DNA of 64,000 bases from Trichoplax adhaerens (taxonomy: Eukaryota; Animalia; Placozoa): positions 3,123,172 to 3,187,171 of the forward strand of contig NW_002060945.1 in assembly GCF_000150275.1 (NCBI RefSeq), in the 5' to 3' direction. The translations under genes were made by a program, and so were the position numbers. Below, in pieces: positions 1 to 13,203 of this stretch. Position 1 is the stretch's first letter. Every line of letters starts with the position of its first letter. Under the pieces are notes generated by a model. That model made no database searches and was not told where the DNA came from. It saw only the letters and a list, made by a program, of their open reading frames with translations.

Positions 1-885
1 AGCTAATATCTGCCGTTAAAATCTGCTTTGATTTTTAGCAAATGCAAAATTATTAAAGTCCGAAATTAGAAAATATTGAGAGCAATGAGTAGACTTTGAT
101 AGTAAATTATCGGGGATACTTAAAGAGGAGGTATTGGCATGATCTCATCCTACCTGCCTGCCTGTTTAGAAATTTGGAAGCATCTTGACAGAAAATGGAT
201 GAATGGTTAGATGGATATCATTAACAAGATCAACTCATTGATATCGAATCTATGATTATTTATAATATATTTATGCTGATAGTATAATATGAATGAATAT
301 TGATATCAAGTACGATAACTCTTTTCTTAAAAATGCTGAAAGTTGTTGGCCCAAATTCGTTCTTATATAATTTTGTAATAATTCAAAATAACTATGTTAT
401 AATGTTGCGTTATGATAATAAATTGGAGAATCTTAACTTATTGATACCACTATTGAAGTGATGATAGTTCGAATATCGAAAAGAAGAGCGTAAATTAGTG
501 TTGGTAAAGGAGTAACTATCAGAATTGATTTTCTCACTACTTGATATTCTGCAGTAGCTAGAGAGCTACGTCTGCAATCTGTTTTCAATATTTGCTTCAA
601 TACATAGAGGACAATTGAACATCCTTTTACAGAATTAATTATAAGTATACTGTATACTCGTATGCATTATCTTCCTCAATTTTTACTTTTACTCTATTAT
701 TACCGTCGCTTTTGCCCTATACTATGACTATTGCATATACATTGTATACAGAATTTGTTCTTCATTTTACATATTATAGTTATACGTACATGCATTATGT
801 TTCAAAATTCTTACTTTTACATCATTAAGGTACTACAGCAGATGTCCTATACTATGACTATCGCATATTGCGTACGGCATTCATT

Positions 886-1400
886 TTTCATGATTTACCT
901 TCACTACATTCCTTTGCACCCTATATTAGGACTATTGCGTACTTGTTTTCATGACTTATGAGATCGTAATTTACTTTCACTACATTATTTTGCGCTGTAT
1001 ATTAGGATTATTGCTTACTTGTTGTATACGGTAGTTGTTTTCATGACTTATGTGATCATAATTTACTTTCACTACATTACTTTGCGCCCTACAGTATATT
1101 AGGACTATTGCTTACTTGTTGTATAAGGTAGTTATTTTATGACTTATGTGATCATAATTTACTTTCACTACATTGCTTTGCACCCTATGTTAAAACTATT
1201 GCATACTTGTTGTATATGGTAGTTGTTTTCATGACTTACGTGATCATAATTTACTTTTACGACATTATTTTGTATCCTATCTTAGGACTATTGCGTACTG
1301 CTTATACGCAACATTCATTTTTATAGTTTACGTGGCCATAATTTACTTTCACTACTTTACTTTAGGTATATTATGACTACTGTCGCTTATGATATTCGTT
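886..1400. repeat. Tandem minisatellite, unit about 92-96 bp, about 5 copies, with more degenerate copies extending to about 700 and 1510
   Basis: Recurrent ATCATAATTTACTTTCACTACATT...TTAGGACTATTGC...GTTTTCATGACTTATG at about 962, 1055, 1151, 1243 and 1335. Confidence 0.85.
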
Positions 1401-2069
1401 TTCATGATTTATAGGGTTGCAGGTTACTTTTACTCGATTACCTTCTGTCCTCTATTATGATTATTGCATACTTGCTGTATACGCATACGCTATCAGTTTT
1501 CATGATTTAGAGGGTCTTCATCGCCTACCATGCCAAATTTATTCTATAATACAGGTTCTACTCGTATTCATAATCGCAATCATCCTGTCTTTCGGCAGGA
1601 ATAGTCTATATTATTAATCGAAGGCGGTTATGAAGAAGGAATGCCGATTATAGATTTTGTAGTTACAACTTGATCAAAGACTTTTGCATGCGGGATAAGG
1701 CAGTCTAATTTAATGGATAAAAAGGAAGACCGAGCTATATAATATATAACTGGATCAAGGTCGAAAGCAGATGAAGGAGTATACTATAGTTGATTGGAGT
1801 ATGAGATTACTTTCGTAAGAATTTATTGCACTACACAAATAGATTGAACTGAAGAATAGTATTATAAAATTCGTGATGAGCTCTTACGAGAAAGAATCTC
1901 GCCCGGGCGATGCAGACGTCATCGAGTAAAGTCGAAAGATCACAAGATCGCAAGATCATAACGAAAAGCTCTTAAAAAAAATTAGCAGAGCGCAAATCTA
2001 TTTTCATCGTAAATACTAATTATACAGGCTAATCGCAATTTTTGGAATACTATTTTTCAGTTCACTCTA

Positions 2070-2312
2070 TTACACAGTTATCAAGATAACTTCTTTTTCC
2101 TTTACTATCAGCCAGTACAGTGCAGTATGAGGTTTGCTTCTATTCGAATTTGTACTGCTGTACAGGATCTTAAGGGTAAAGTTATCTTTCCTTAACTTCG
2201 ACAACTACAGTATAAGGTTTGCTTCGAATTTATTGTCCTACACAATTATCAGGTAAAGCTATCTTTCCTTTAGCCTCGATAACTACAGCATGAGGTTGCA
2301 TCTATACGAATT
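2070..2312. repeat. Degenerate tandem repeat, unit about 80-90 bp, 3 copies
   Basis: Repeated ...TCTTTCCTT...ACTACAGYATRAGGTTTGCTTC...CGAATTT blocks. Confidence 0.6.
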
Positions 2313-2796
2313 TAACATCGTATGTTGTTGACTTTTGACTGTAATTGCTGTCGCAAAGCATCAGGTGTCCAATGCCTATTAATAGTATTTCACATCACTC
2401 TATCGGCAATCAAAGTTGCTAAGAGAAAGCATGTCATAGTAAATCATGTTATTACAGGATTAGGTGCCCATTCATTGAGTGTCATTCCATCCTCTAGGCA
2501 ACTTGATGAAAGAAACAGATGCTATAGTCGAGAACAATGTTCTACCGTACCTAATTCACGAGAGATTTGGATCGATACTATTGACTGTACTCTATGATTC
2601 AGATCAATCAAGTTCGATCTCTATGCGGCATTTTTGATGAAAGCTGCTGCCAGAAGTTACCGTCGTTGATTCTATCTATCAATTCTCCATTCATGCATGC
2701 TAGTTCAGCCCTCAAGCAAAGTTATGGAAAGAAATGGATGCCATAGTCGATAATAGTGTTGTACCGCATCGAATTCACAAGAGATTTGGATGGATG

Positions 2797-3222
2797 CTAT
2801 CGACTGTATTCTATTCTTGAGGTCAAGTTTGATCTTTACTGGCTATTTTTGATGAAAGCAGCTATACTGTACTATGGACTGTATTCTATTCTCGAGGTCA
2901 AGTTTGATCTTTACTGGCTATTTTTGATGAAAGTAGCTATACTATCGACTGTATTCTATTCTCGAGGTCAAGTTTGATCTTTACAGGCTATTTTTGATGA
3001 AAGCAGCTAAACTATCGACTGTATTCTATTCTCGAGGTCAAGCTTGATCTTTACTGGCTATGATTGATGAAAGCAGCTATACTATCGACTGTATTCTATT
3101 CTCGAGGTCAAGTTTGATCTTTACTGGCTATTTTTGATGAAAGCAGCTATACTATGGACTGTATTCTATTATATTCTCGAGGTCAAGCTTGATCTTTACT
3201 GGCCATCTTTGATGAAAGCAGC
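2797..3222. repeat. Tandem minisatellite, 70-bp unit, 6 copies, expanded inside the second copy of a larger local duplication (about 2510-2735 vs 2731-3320)
   Basis: GAGGTCAAG(T/C)TTGATCTTTACTGGCTATTTTTGATGAAAGCAGCT recurs at about 2819, 2894, 2964, 3034, 3104 and 3179. A single diverged unit lies at about 2575-2650. Confidence 0.92.
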
Positions 3223-3749
3223 TGTGAGAATAGAACGTGGTTGATTGCATCGATCAATCCATTACCATTCAACTTGATAGCTTAACCGCTCAAGTCAAGT
3301 TGTGGCTAGAAATGGATGCCGCCGCGGTAAACAATCACTTCTTGTGGCCTAGTGGATCAAGATGTGGATCGATATAAATTCCATAGGATTGGAAAGGAAA
3401 GAAGAGTAGGATCCATCTTGACCCATGGAAATGCCCTAGCAACGGATTCTCCAGGGACTGGAGGTGAGCTGATAGAAGAGATGAATTGCTTGAGGTGACG
3501 TCTTGTTGTACACTCGTAACGCACAGCCACTTCAACTTTAGTCAAGACAAAGGTTTTCTTTTCTCGAGTCCATGATGTCCCTTTTGGGCCACCGTACGCA
3601 TAGGAGCTTTAGGTTGATTTTCTACAGTAGTGTACATCATTGTCGGCATTTTGTACAGACATGTTGTCCATGTATTCTTTTACAATTTTCCTCCTATTTT
3701 CGATTCAGTCCTACAAGATGTACGTATTGGTACTGACTGTGTAGTATAC

Positions 3750-4865
3750 AGTACTGCAGAGAAGATTGAGCAAAGACGTCTGTACAGTGTACAGTACACT
3801 GTACTGTACTATACGTTAGTCCAGTGTACTGTACAAGGTTACAGTAGAATGTACAGTACAGTAGCGTCCAGTACTGTACGGTACAAGGATTGAAGTGACT
3901 GTGCAAAAATTGTCTGTCACCGTTTTGCATTGGCAGTCCGTACGTCCGTATTGAAGTGATTTTGATACAGTAAATAAACGAATGATGTCCAATCCAACGT
4001 CTTGAAATAAGTTGCGTCCTTTGCGATACAGTCTATACAGTCCAGTCTATCCAAAAATGGGCTGAAACGGCTGTACACTGTCCAGGACTGTACCGTGTGT
4101 AGTCTCCATTTGACCATTGGTTTCATGTTGGTTGATTTTCCAACTGGCAGCGGCCGATATGTTTAGACAAGTTTATTGAAGGGGCTGTGACCCGGTTGTC
4201 CTTGCTGGCCTAAATTGTAGAGTACAGTAGTCGAGTACTGTACACTGTACACACTCTCCGCCTTTTACAGTACAGTACGTACTGCATCTTGTGTTACAGT
4301 ACTTTATACTGACCATTGGTTTCATGTTGGTTGATTTTCCAACTGGCAGCGGCCGATATGTTTAGACAAGTTTATTGAAGGGGCTGTGACCCGGGTGTCC
4401 TTGCTGGCCTAAATTGTACTTGTAGAGTACTGTACAGTGTACTGTAGAGTACAGTCGCCTACTGTACAGTACTGCACACTGTACTGTACTGTACAGTACT
4501 CCATCTTTGGCAGTACAGTACTTTGTACAGTACTGTCCAATGGGCCTACAGTGTACAGTACTCTCGCCTACAGTAGTCGAGTGCTGTACTGTACAGTACA
4601 CTGTGCGCACACTGCCTTTCGTAGTACAGTACATGATACTGTACAGTACAGTGACTTACAGTACATACTCCATCTTTGGCAGTACTTTGTACTGTCCCCG
4701 GAGTCTACAGTGTACAGTACTCTCGCCTACAGTAGTCGAGTACTGTACACTGTACACACTCTCCGCCTTTTACAGTACGTACTGCATCTTGTGTTACAGT
4801 ACTTTATACTGTACCTGCAGTCTACAGTCCGCAACGGCAGGCTGGCAGGCATACTGTACAGTAGG
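3750..4865. promoter_or_regulatory. TACAG/CTGTA cryptic simple-sequence island directly upstream of PIAS exon 1; putative promoter region
   Basis: Very dense mixed-orientation ACAGT/ACTGT pentamers ending about 240 bp before the PIAS ATG. Promoter function is inferred from position only. Confidence 0.5.
4111..4418. repeat. Near-perfect direct repeat of about 109 bp (4111-4219 and 4310-4418); the spacer is itself duplicated at about 4728-4811
   Basis: TGACCATTGGTTTCATGTTGG...GGCCTAAATTGTA occurs twice; CAGTAGTCGAGTACTGTACACTGTACACACTCTCCGCCTTTTACAG...CTTTATACTG occurs twice. Confidence 0.9.
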
Positions 4866-5099
4866 TTGAAGGCGAGCCGTGCCAACACAGTGACTGGACT
4901 GTAGAGACGGAGGCGAAAGGAGCTCCAGGCAAAGTGGATGTGGTGCGCGTTAAGTTGGATAACAACGCGCAATTTTCCCCTCCAATTCCTCGTCTTGTCT
5001 TGTATCTCTAGCGTAGTCTGCCCATTTGCTCATTCAATCCAATTGATTCTCTCAAGGCGGTAATATGGCGATCATCGTGTAGCGCATTTTGATAGCAAT

Positions 5100-8000
5100 A
5101 TGGCGGTCGATGGTACCGAAAGTGATGAAGAATGTCGGGTAAGTTGCAAGTTGTCCATGGAGTCATTGGGTCATGGCCAATGGCTTGTCTAGTGTCTTGC
5201 TTCTCATTTGTTGTCTCATTCTTGGCAAGATTGCCAATGTTGTCATCATCATTTCCTGGTCATAGACAGCAGATTGGAATGGCTTTAAAAGAGAGTAGGG
5301 GGGGATAATGCCAATTAGGGCAATAGAGTCGAGTCGATACGATGGAGAAATGCACTTTCTTCATGCCTTGTCTTTCAACTGTAATGCATGCTGTAGTCGA
5401 TCCAACGCCAGCACTCTCTCCACTCCATGTTGATCATGGACCGCTGTCAACAGTGGAAAGGACAAGGGATAAAAATCACTTTCGATCTATCCTTCATACT
5501 GATCATCCAATACAGTCGATCGATCAGATCGATATCCTACCCATGCCAGTTCTCCAACTTGAGCTACAAAGGACAGACTATCTTTAACGCAAGTAGAATA
5601 ACCTATCCCATATCGTTACACAACGTCAATACTGCCAATGATAGTCCACATAACCAAGGACCTCTTGATTGAACGCCAAAGTGGATAACCTAAACGACAA
5701 GCAATCCAAACAAATAGTTTACCTACTGGATAAGGTAGTGGCAATCCAAAGGATGGATTGGCCTCTACTTGTCCAACCACATTATCCAATCTCTTCTTGT
5801 TGCATGACAATTTCATACTACATGAACCATCGTCATCCTATCCACTCCATCATAAGGGATCCAATCAACGACTGCATTAGACTCCTCATGATGACTTATT
5901 TCACTATAAAAAATCATCCATCACCTTATTTCACCATGACATAAAAGTTACAATGTAGCAATAGAGACAAGAAGAAGAATTTTCCAGTTGTTTCATTCCA
6001 ACTTGTCAATCACGACGTTGCTTTTACACAAACATAGTACAATCATGAACAGCATGAAGGAGAGAGAGCGTTCAATTACTTGTTGCCTAGAAAGACGGTC
6101 AACTTTGTCTACAATTTTAGAGTCTTACTTTACTAAAAATGAGTGCAAAGATTGCGTCGTAGACATAGGAGTAAAGAACAACATGAATCCCTTGCTGATT
6201 CTTTCTCTCCCTTGAACCTGTTGGACTTGAAAACTTGACGTGATACAGACAACCAGGGGCCACTTTGCGATCGTCGCTACAACTTGTACTGTACTAAACT
6301 ACCAAAGCAGGACTCCTATGGTGATGCATATTATTTTAATTTCCACCCAATCTTCAATTAGAGGACAACATACGGATTCAAACCAATTCAAAAGAATCAT
6401 TTACTTACACTCTCGATCCTTTGACAACTCGCCACTAGTGAAACAATCATGCTTACTTGACGAACAGTAAGGAATAGTAGAATAAAAATCCCTCCACTCA
6501 GGAAATCACTGTTTCTTGCTGGATTCCTGTTGTTATCACGCTACTATACAACAGTCTGAAAGAAGTGTATTTCGGTCCAAATTCCCACAAGTAGTCAACA
6601 GTAGCGAATAGAAATTCAAGATGGACTTGTTTAGTTGATCTCTTTTTTAAGATGGAAGGAGAGACTTTTTAGCCGGAGGGAATAACAATGTATATATACT
6701 TTTCTCCCATGATTGCAGTCAAAAGTCTGCCTACGTCGATAAAGTAGGACAAGCGTTGAATTAAACTATCGTCAAAATGGGGAAATAGAAATTGAATGGC
6801 CACAATCAATCATCCATCAATTTCTTATCAACAACAATTCCCTACAGATGGAAGATTGCTTAGCCAGATATTTTCAAGTCTGATTTTAACGCCGATACCG
6901 CATATTGAAATGGCTTCGGCCAAGGCGGAACATCGAAAACAATCGGACTTTTTTTTTTTTTTTTTTTCATACTATCCTGTTTATTATACGGAAAGCATTC
7001 AATTTCCCCAACTTTGGACTTGTATATACACGTTTCGTAATTTATCCCATCCAATTATTGTTGCTAATCCAGTATATACTCGTAGTCGATTATTAAAATT
7101 ACAATTTTGATCCCATTGCCTATCAATAAAGTGATCACTTTACAGTGATTCCGGTATACCATAGTGCAATGGCTATCACGAGAAGGGAAAATATTACAAC
7201 GCCTCAATCCCTTTCCTAATACAAATCAACCTACAACGAATAGGACGCCGATTCCAATCCATCAAATAGTATACATTAAAATGAATTATTTGTTTGTAAT
7301 AGAGTAGATCGGGAGATAAACCAATCCATACAGTGATAGTTGTACTATCGAGGTTGGCTATCATCATTGTCGTTAACGTCAAACAGTAGTAGTCGATTTC
7401 TTGACAGCAATTTGTAAATGCAGTCCATTGGATTCCAACCACAGCAATAACAGCCACTACACTTAGTAGATATTGAAAAAGAAAGGACGATGGAGTGCAA
7501 TCGATCATCCGCTCAATAAGTACACCATGGTATCTATCAAAATAAACCTGGGACAAATTTCTCCGATCATTCCTTGTATATACTGTAGGTAGTAAAGTAG
7601 ACTACATGGTGTTCTCCATGAAATTACCTTGGGAAATGAGAGTTCTAGTCCATACTCCTTGCTGTCCAATCCTAAAACACACTTTTTATCACTTGTATCC
7701 TTTCTGATCGCTATCAATCATTCTTATCTCCTATCTCGCTATCTTTACTTCATTTTGATCCGTAATCCATCCGATTGTGTTAAACCTTGCAGCCTTGAAT
7801 CTGGTATTCATCTCCTGACGAAAGTTGATTGCACGAAAAGTGTTGTATATCATCACCATTAAACAAGTTTGTTATTGAATGATATGACTAGAAACAATCA
7901 ACAGCATGACTAACAATATGGCAAGCGATGGATGGCATCAATTGTACAAATACTGCCATTTGAAGTAGTGTCGTTTTATTGCAATTTTAAACTGATTAAC

Positions 8001-11000
8001 ATTATGGCTAATAGCAACATTGCTAGCTGATCATCGTCTCATTTGAAGAAATACTGCAATCTTGCATCGTATAGTTTTACCGCAGTTCACATTGATCAAC
8101 AACCTAGCTAGTCGAAGATGGCATCACTTAAACGAATGCTGCGATCTTGCGTGGTATAGTTTAATCGCAGTTTAGACTAATCAACATTGCTGGCCGATCA
8201 TTGTATCATTTGAAGAAATACTGCGATCTTGCATCATGTAGTTTTATCGCAATGGACATTTAATCAACAACCTAGCTAGTCGAAGATGGCATCACTTAAA
8301 CGAATGCTGCGATCTTGCGTGGTATAGTTTAATCGCAGTTTAGACTAATCAACATTGCTGGCCGATCATTATATCCTTTGAAGAAATACTGCGATCTTGC
8401 ATCGTATAGTTTTACCGCAATTCACATTGATCAACAACCAATGCTACGATCTTGCGTAGTATAATTTGATCGTAGTAACGACTGATCAACATCATAGCTC
8501 ACAACATAGCTAGCCGATAAGAGCAACGTTGAATAAATGAAATACTACAATCTTGGGTAGTGGAGTATTATCGCAATAAATCCTGTAAACTAATCAATAT
8601 CATAGTTAACCCTATGATGGCATAGTGTAGAGAAATACTACACTACCTTCTTATAGCTAGCCGATGGTGATTGCATCAATCTGAAGAAATGCGTCATGAT
8701 ACGTTCTTGTGTAGTGTAGTTTTATCGCAATGAATCCTGTAAGCTAATCAACACCATAGCTAGACGATGGTGATAGCATCAATCTGAAGAGAAGTTGATC
8801 ATTAAACTAATCAACAACATTGCTAACGTAGCCAGCCGATGATAAACATAATTGGATAAAATACTACGATATTCAATTACATTGGGTTAAAAACGATAGC
8901 ATGACCTGCAACTAGGGATAGTATAGCAAGGAATGCTAATTAAGCTTCATTTGATGTCGTGATTAGTAATGAGTTAGAAATAAGCTACAAACCTTTTTAT
9001 ATTCCATTGGAATGAACACTTTTAGCCTGAACCCTTCGTTTTACAGTCAACCAGCTGGCCATTTAAACAATAATGTGCTGAAAATCGTTGTATAATACTA
9101 CTGTAATTATACTTAATTTGCTTTATTGGCATGATGGGATCAAAAGTTGATCTACGCAAGATATTGTGCCACAGTTGTTAAAATTAAACAATCTTAGCAG
9201 TAATGATACAGACGTGCAATAGTCTGAATACTTTTTCCTATCATAACATCAACTATCTATGACCTCTGTTTATACTATCTAGTTTCGTTAAACTAGTGAT
9301 AGACAAGTATGAAAAGAAATTAGAAGAAAGATCATTCCATTAATTCAGGCGTCTTAGAGTTATCGCTTTGTGACTTCGAATACATTGAGCGATATTGTAT
9401 TCTATTTTACGTCGATAGTTGTACAATCAGTCTCGAAGATTACTTGTAATATCCAAAAACGATTTTCGTATCTCGTTGAATCTGTAATATGGTCCTTGTT
9501 ATTTATACCTGTGCAAAGTATAGAATCTAGTCTTTATCATAATATGCCTCATTTAATTGTGCCTTTTATTATGATATCCTTACCATTAAACATAAAATTT
9601 TACTTGTAAATGTTAGACAAATACAACTTTTCTAATGTTTTCGCCTGTTTTTCTTTCCTTCTGCTTTGGCCTAATTCATATACCTAGAGAATGCTGAATA
9701 ACTTTCGCGTTCCTGAATTGCAACAATTGCTAACATCCTTCAACAGTAGAAAAACTGGAAGAAAACCTATGTTAATATCGAGAGCGCTAGAATTACTGGA
9801 AACTTGTGATAGCCGTAATGTAAAAATTAAAATCAGAGAAATATATAATTTACGAAATCACTATCATCATCAAGCATCTAACCACGTTGTCATACATAAC
9901 CATAATCACGTTGTGCCTTCCTACTCCAATCAAAGCAATAATAACAATACTAATTTTCATGTTGTAAATAATAATTCGAGAAATCAAATTGGCTGGTATA
10001 TTGGCGATCTCAATAATAGCACAAGTAAAGGCCATCGCGAATTCCATTTTGCACTGAATACGGCCAGTAAACTTGATTTTAAATCATTAAAGATCACCCC
10101 TTTTCATGAGCCATTGGAATCTATTTCTAATACATTCCTATTAGGTAAATAATTCAATAATATTAGTCTTGATAACTAATGAAAATATTGAGTCCAGACC
10201 ATTTTTATTTCATTTTACTTGACCTATTGATGTATTATTGCATGCCATACTTTTAATTGAATTATACTGTAATGATCGCTCAACTGATGTACGTATAACA
10301 ACTCCATCAACGAAATTTAGATATTAAATATAAAGGACGGTATTACGAAAAAGAAATTACTTTTACCTTGTCATCATCCCAAATTGAAATGCTAAATAAA
10401 ACTAGGTATTTATACTATTTTAAAAGGAAAAATTCATTTTCTACAGTCTCTACGTTACTTAATACACGTATGGTATTCTACTAAAAAATAATGACTTATT
10501 TAAATTTGGCACTGTAGACATCACATAAATAAGCCTGAAAATGAAAGCCTTCATCATTTATTTCTCCGGTAAAAGACTAATTCATATTTTCAATTGTAAC
10601 AGTAAATGACTAAAATCATTTATCCAATACCTAATCTAAATTATTAATTACCTCCAATTTTTTCATATTAATCGATCAGATTGGGGACAGTCGATTCAAA
10701 TGGCCTCTTTGCAGATTACTATCCCCATGCATTATGTGTTAAAGCTAACGGATCTTCTTGTCCAATACCGGTATTATAATGTCATACTTACCAAATATTA
10801 ATCAATCAGCCATTAATTTCTAATTCAACTTTTGTAATCAATTTTAAATAAAAGAATATAGCCCCTTCAGCATCTAACAATTCCAAATCTGGTACAGCAA
10901 AAAAATCCAAAAAGCCGATTGATATAACACAATATATTAATATCACTCCAAATTATACTAACCGAGTAAAAGTTTCCTGCACTCCACTGACTGTTGAAGT

Positions 11001-13203
11001 TAGTATAAATTCTTTTATGTCCTCTACCGTATTATTTTATAGTGTACTCACACTGTCCATGAAATTATTGTAATATTGATTTTCTGCATTTTGACCAAAT
11101 TAGAAATATTACGGTAGCATTATATTGGTGCGACAATCGACGCCAGGATTACTTTTGCAAAAAATTCTCGACAAAGATGATGCAAGTCAAGAGCAGACAA
11201 TATCCTTAGGTTAGTTAACATGCACATTGTTATTGTTAAACTTGTACCTTCAGCCCTGTAAAAATAGCAATTGATGTATACTTGCTATATTTCTTTTGTT
11301 CATTATAGTTAAAGAGAAATTGAAGCAAAATTCCGATGTTATTGTTACTACCAAATTAAACATGTCTCTTCAGTGTCCGGTAAGAAAACTTTGTTTTTTA
11401 AACATATATCTTGTTAAAAATATTCCGTTTAATAAGTCACTTGCTATATTTATAGTTAATGAAAAATCTAATGACCTACCCTTGCCGGTAAGTAGTCATA
11501 TGTCGGCCAATTGATATTTCTAGCTTATCAACCATCAATCGCTATATTCTAAAATTGTAATATATCAGTTAATAAATGCTGTTTTGTATCCCTGCTTAAG
11601 ATCTTCTTCATGCAAGCATTTACAATGCTTTGATGCAATGTCATTTTTAAGAATGAATGAGAGGTAATTAGCATTTCAAAAATTTCAATTATTTACACGG
11701 TAGATCATCATTTAGCGACAATTTACTTCAATATCTACTAATATTCAAAACTAGAAAATCAACCTGGACTTGCCCAATTTGTGAAAAAAGAATTGATTTT
11801 GATTCACTGTATATAGATGAGTATGTTGATTTATGGATGATGCAGTTTATAGACAAACTATTATAATTGCTATATTTAGTAAGACGCCATTTTTCTATGT
11901 AGTTATTGTCGTAAAATTATTGAATCGATTCCCGCTAACGTACTCGAGATATCATTCAATGAGGATGGTTCTTGGACTGCTGAAAATGAAGACGAAAGTA
12001 AATAATGACAGCTAAAAAATTTTTTCCCTTCTCGTGTTTTAACGTTTACAATAAAGTCTTACTAACTATATTTTTCATCTCCAAGAATCATCGAATGTGA
12101 TTAAGGATACAGTTGAAATTGCACATGTAGTTAAAGGTACTGTCTAGCACCCAAATGAGATATTATTAATACAAATATTATTAACATCGACCGTCATGAT
12201 TTGTAGACAAGCCCAAAGAACATAATAAATCGGTTGAGGTCATCGACCTGACCGCTGGTAGTGACAGTGAAGATGATAATTATGTTCCATTTGATGATTT
12301 ATTTACTGACTTTCAAGGGTAAGTTTTTGGAAATAAATACCATACATTTATCTATCATTTGTCTCCGTCACCTTTGACACAAAATATCATCCCTCTTGTC
12401 TAAATTTTAACGTTTTCGCTTTAATTACAGTGATACACCAGAACCTAAAAGATTGAAGTCCGATAGTCAACCGGAAAAAAGGGAAAGGCAGGAAATTCCA
12501 AATCATTCTGCTGCTATTACAACCGTTTTCCCTGATTATCATTTATACGCTGTACCTGGTCATAGCCAGAGAAGTAATAATTACTTGCCTAATGCTATGC
12601 CAAATAATTTACTTCCACATTTACCTATAACATCGTCTTTGGCACCTGAAATGAATAATTATGTATGCGGAACTTATGGTACGATAAATTGTCTTTAGTA
12701 TAGGATGCAGCATAAATTCGTCGTGTTTTTGATGTAATGTTACAATTCTATTGTAGATTAAGAAGGGAATCTAATTAATTAACACTAGACTCATTTTATT
12801 GATAAAAGGATATGCTATGTTATTTTTAATGCAATGCATCCGTATGTATTAGTGTAGTCGATTAAGCCTTGTCTATTAATAGTAATTTATCCATGATGTA
12901 ACATGAATGGCATCATAATGATAAGATAATTAATAGCTGACATTTGAAGTATAAAAGATCCTATTATTTCAATTTTTTTAGATACAGTAGATTCTGAATT
13001 TGCTAATACAATGTATCCTGACGAACAAGAAGTAAGCAAAGCCATCTTATTACCGGAACTATCATAACTGATGTTACTGTTTATTAAGAATCATTTATTT
13101 TTGATTTTAATAGTTTATACGCAATTGCCTTGGCAACCTGGCGTCAATAATAACACCTTCATCTAATCCTCCTAGTAGTAATAGACCTTCGAAAGATGTT
13201 TAA
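5100..13203 (+). CDS. PIAS: E3 SUMO-protein ligase PIAS (SAP, PINIT, SP-RING/MIZ, SIM), about 17 exons
   Basis: Exon 1 5100-5138 (MAVDGTESDEECR|gtaagt) joins in phase 0 to 9688 RMLNNFRVPELQQLL (SAP domain). PINIT-like KPIDIT at about 10915. SP-RING spliced as [40 protein letters not shown] (11329-11820), then EDGSW. SIM VEVIDLTAGSDSEDD at about 12232. Last exons 12982-13031 and 13114-13203 (...RPSKDV*). Exon 1 and the terminal exons are less certain than the core. Confidence 0.93.
8015..8870. repeat. Tandem repeat in PIAS intron 1, about 168-bp unit built from two related ~84-bp halves; about 2.5 conserved copies plus a degenerate tail
   Basis: CAACATTGCTRGCYGATCAT...TTTGAAGAAATACTGCRATCTTGCATC at about 8015, 8182 and 8351; CAACAACCTAGCTAGTCGAAGATGGCATCACTTAAACGAATGCTGCGATC twice. 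Confidence 0.85.

Noticed and set aside
1-1970. Coding-like stretches at about 250-620 (-) and 1600-1930 (+)
   Set aside because: Interrupted by stops with no identifiable homology; cannot support even a pseudogene call.
2797-3222. Regularly spaced repeats resembling a CRISPR array (also 41030-42075 and 61195-61985)
   Set aside because: Whole units repeat with no unique spacers, there are no cas genes, and the context is eukaryotic.
3335-3700. Small minus-strand gene divergent from PIAS
   Set aside because: Short frames without a coherent start, splice structure or recognisable family.
4362-4972. Overlapping ORFs of 81-155 aa rich in Y/C/T/V/Q/S
   Set aside because: Translation products of the TACAG/CTGTA low-complexity island, open on both strands, with no domain features.
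12757-12774. Alternative short terminal PIAS exon (IKKGI*)
   Set aside because: Possible, but the route 12678 to 12982 to 13114 has stronger acceptors and two further in-frame exons; not decidable without cDNA.
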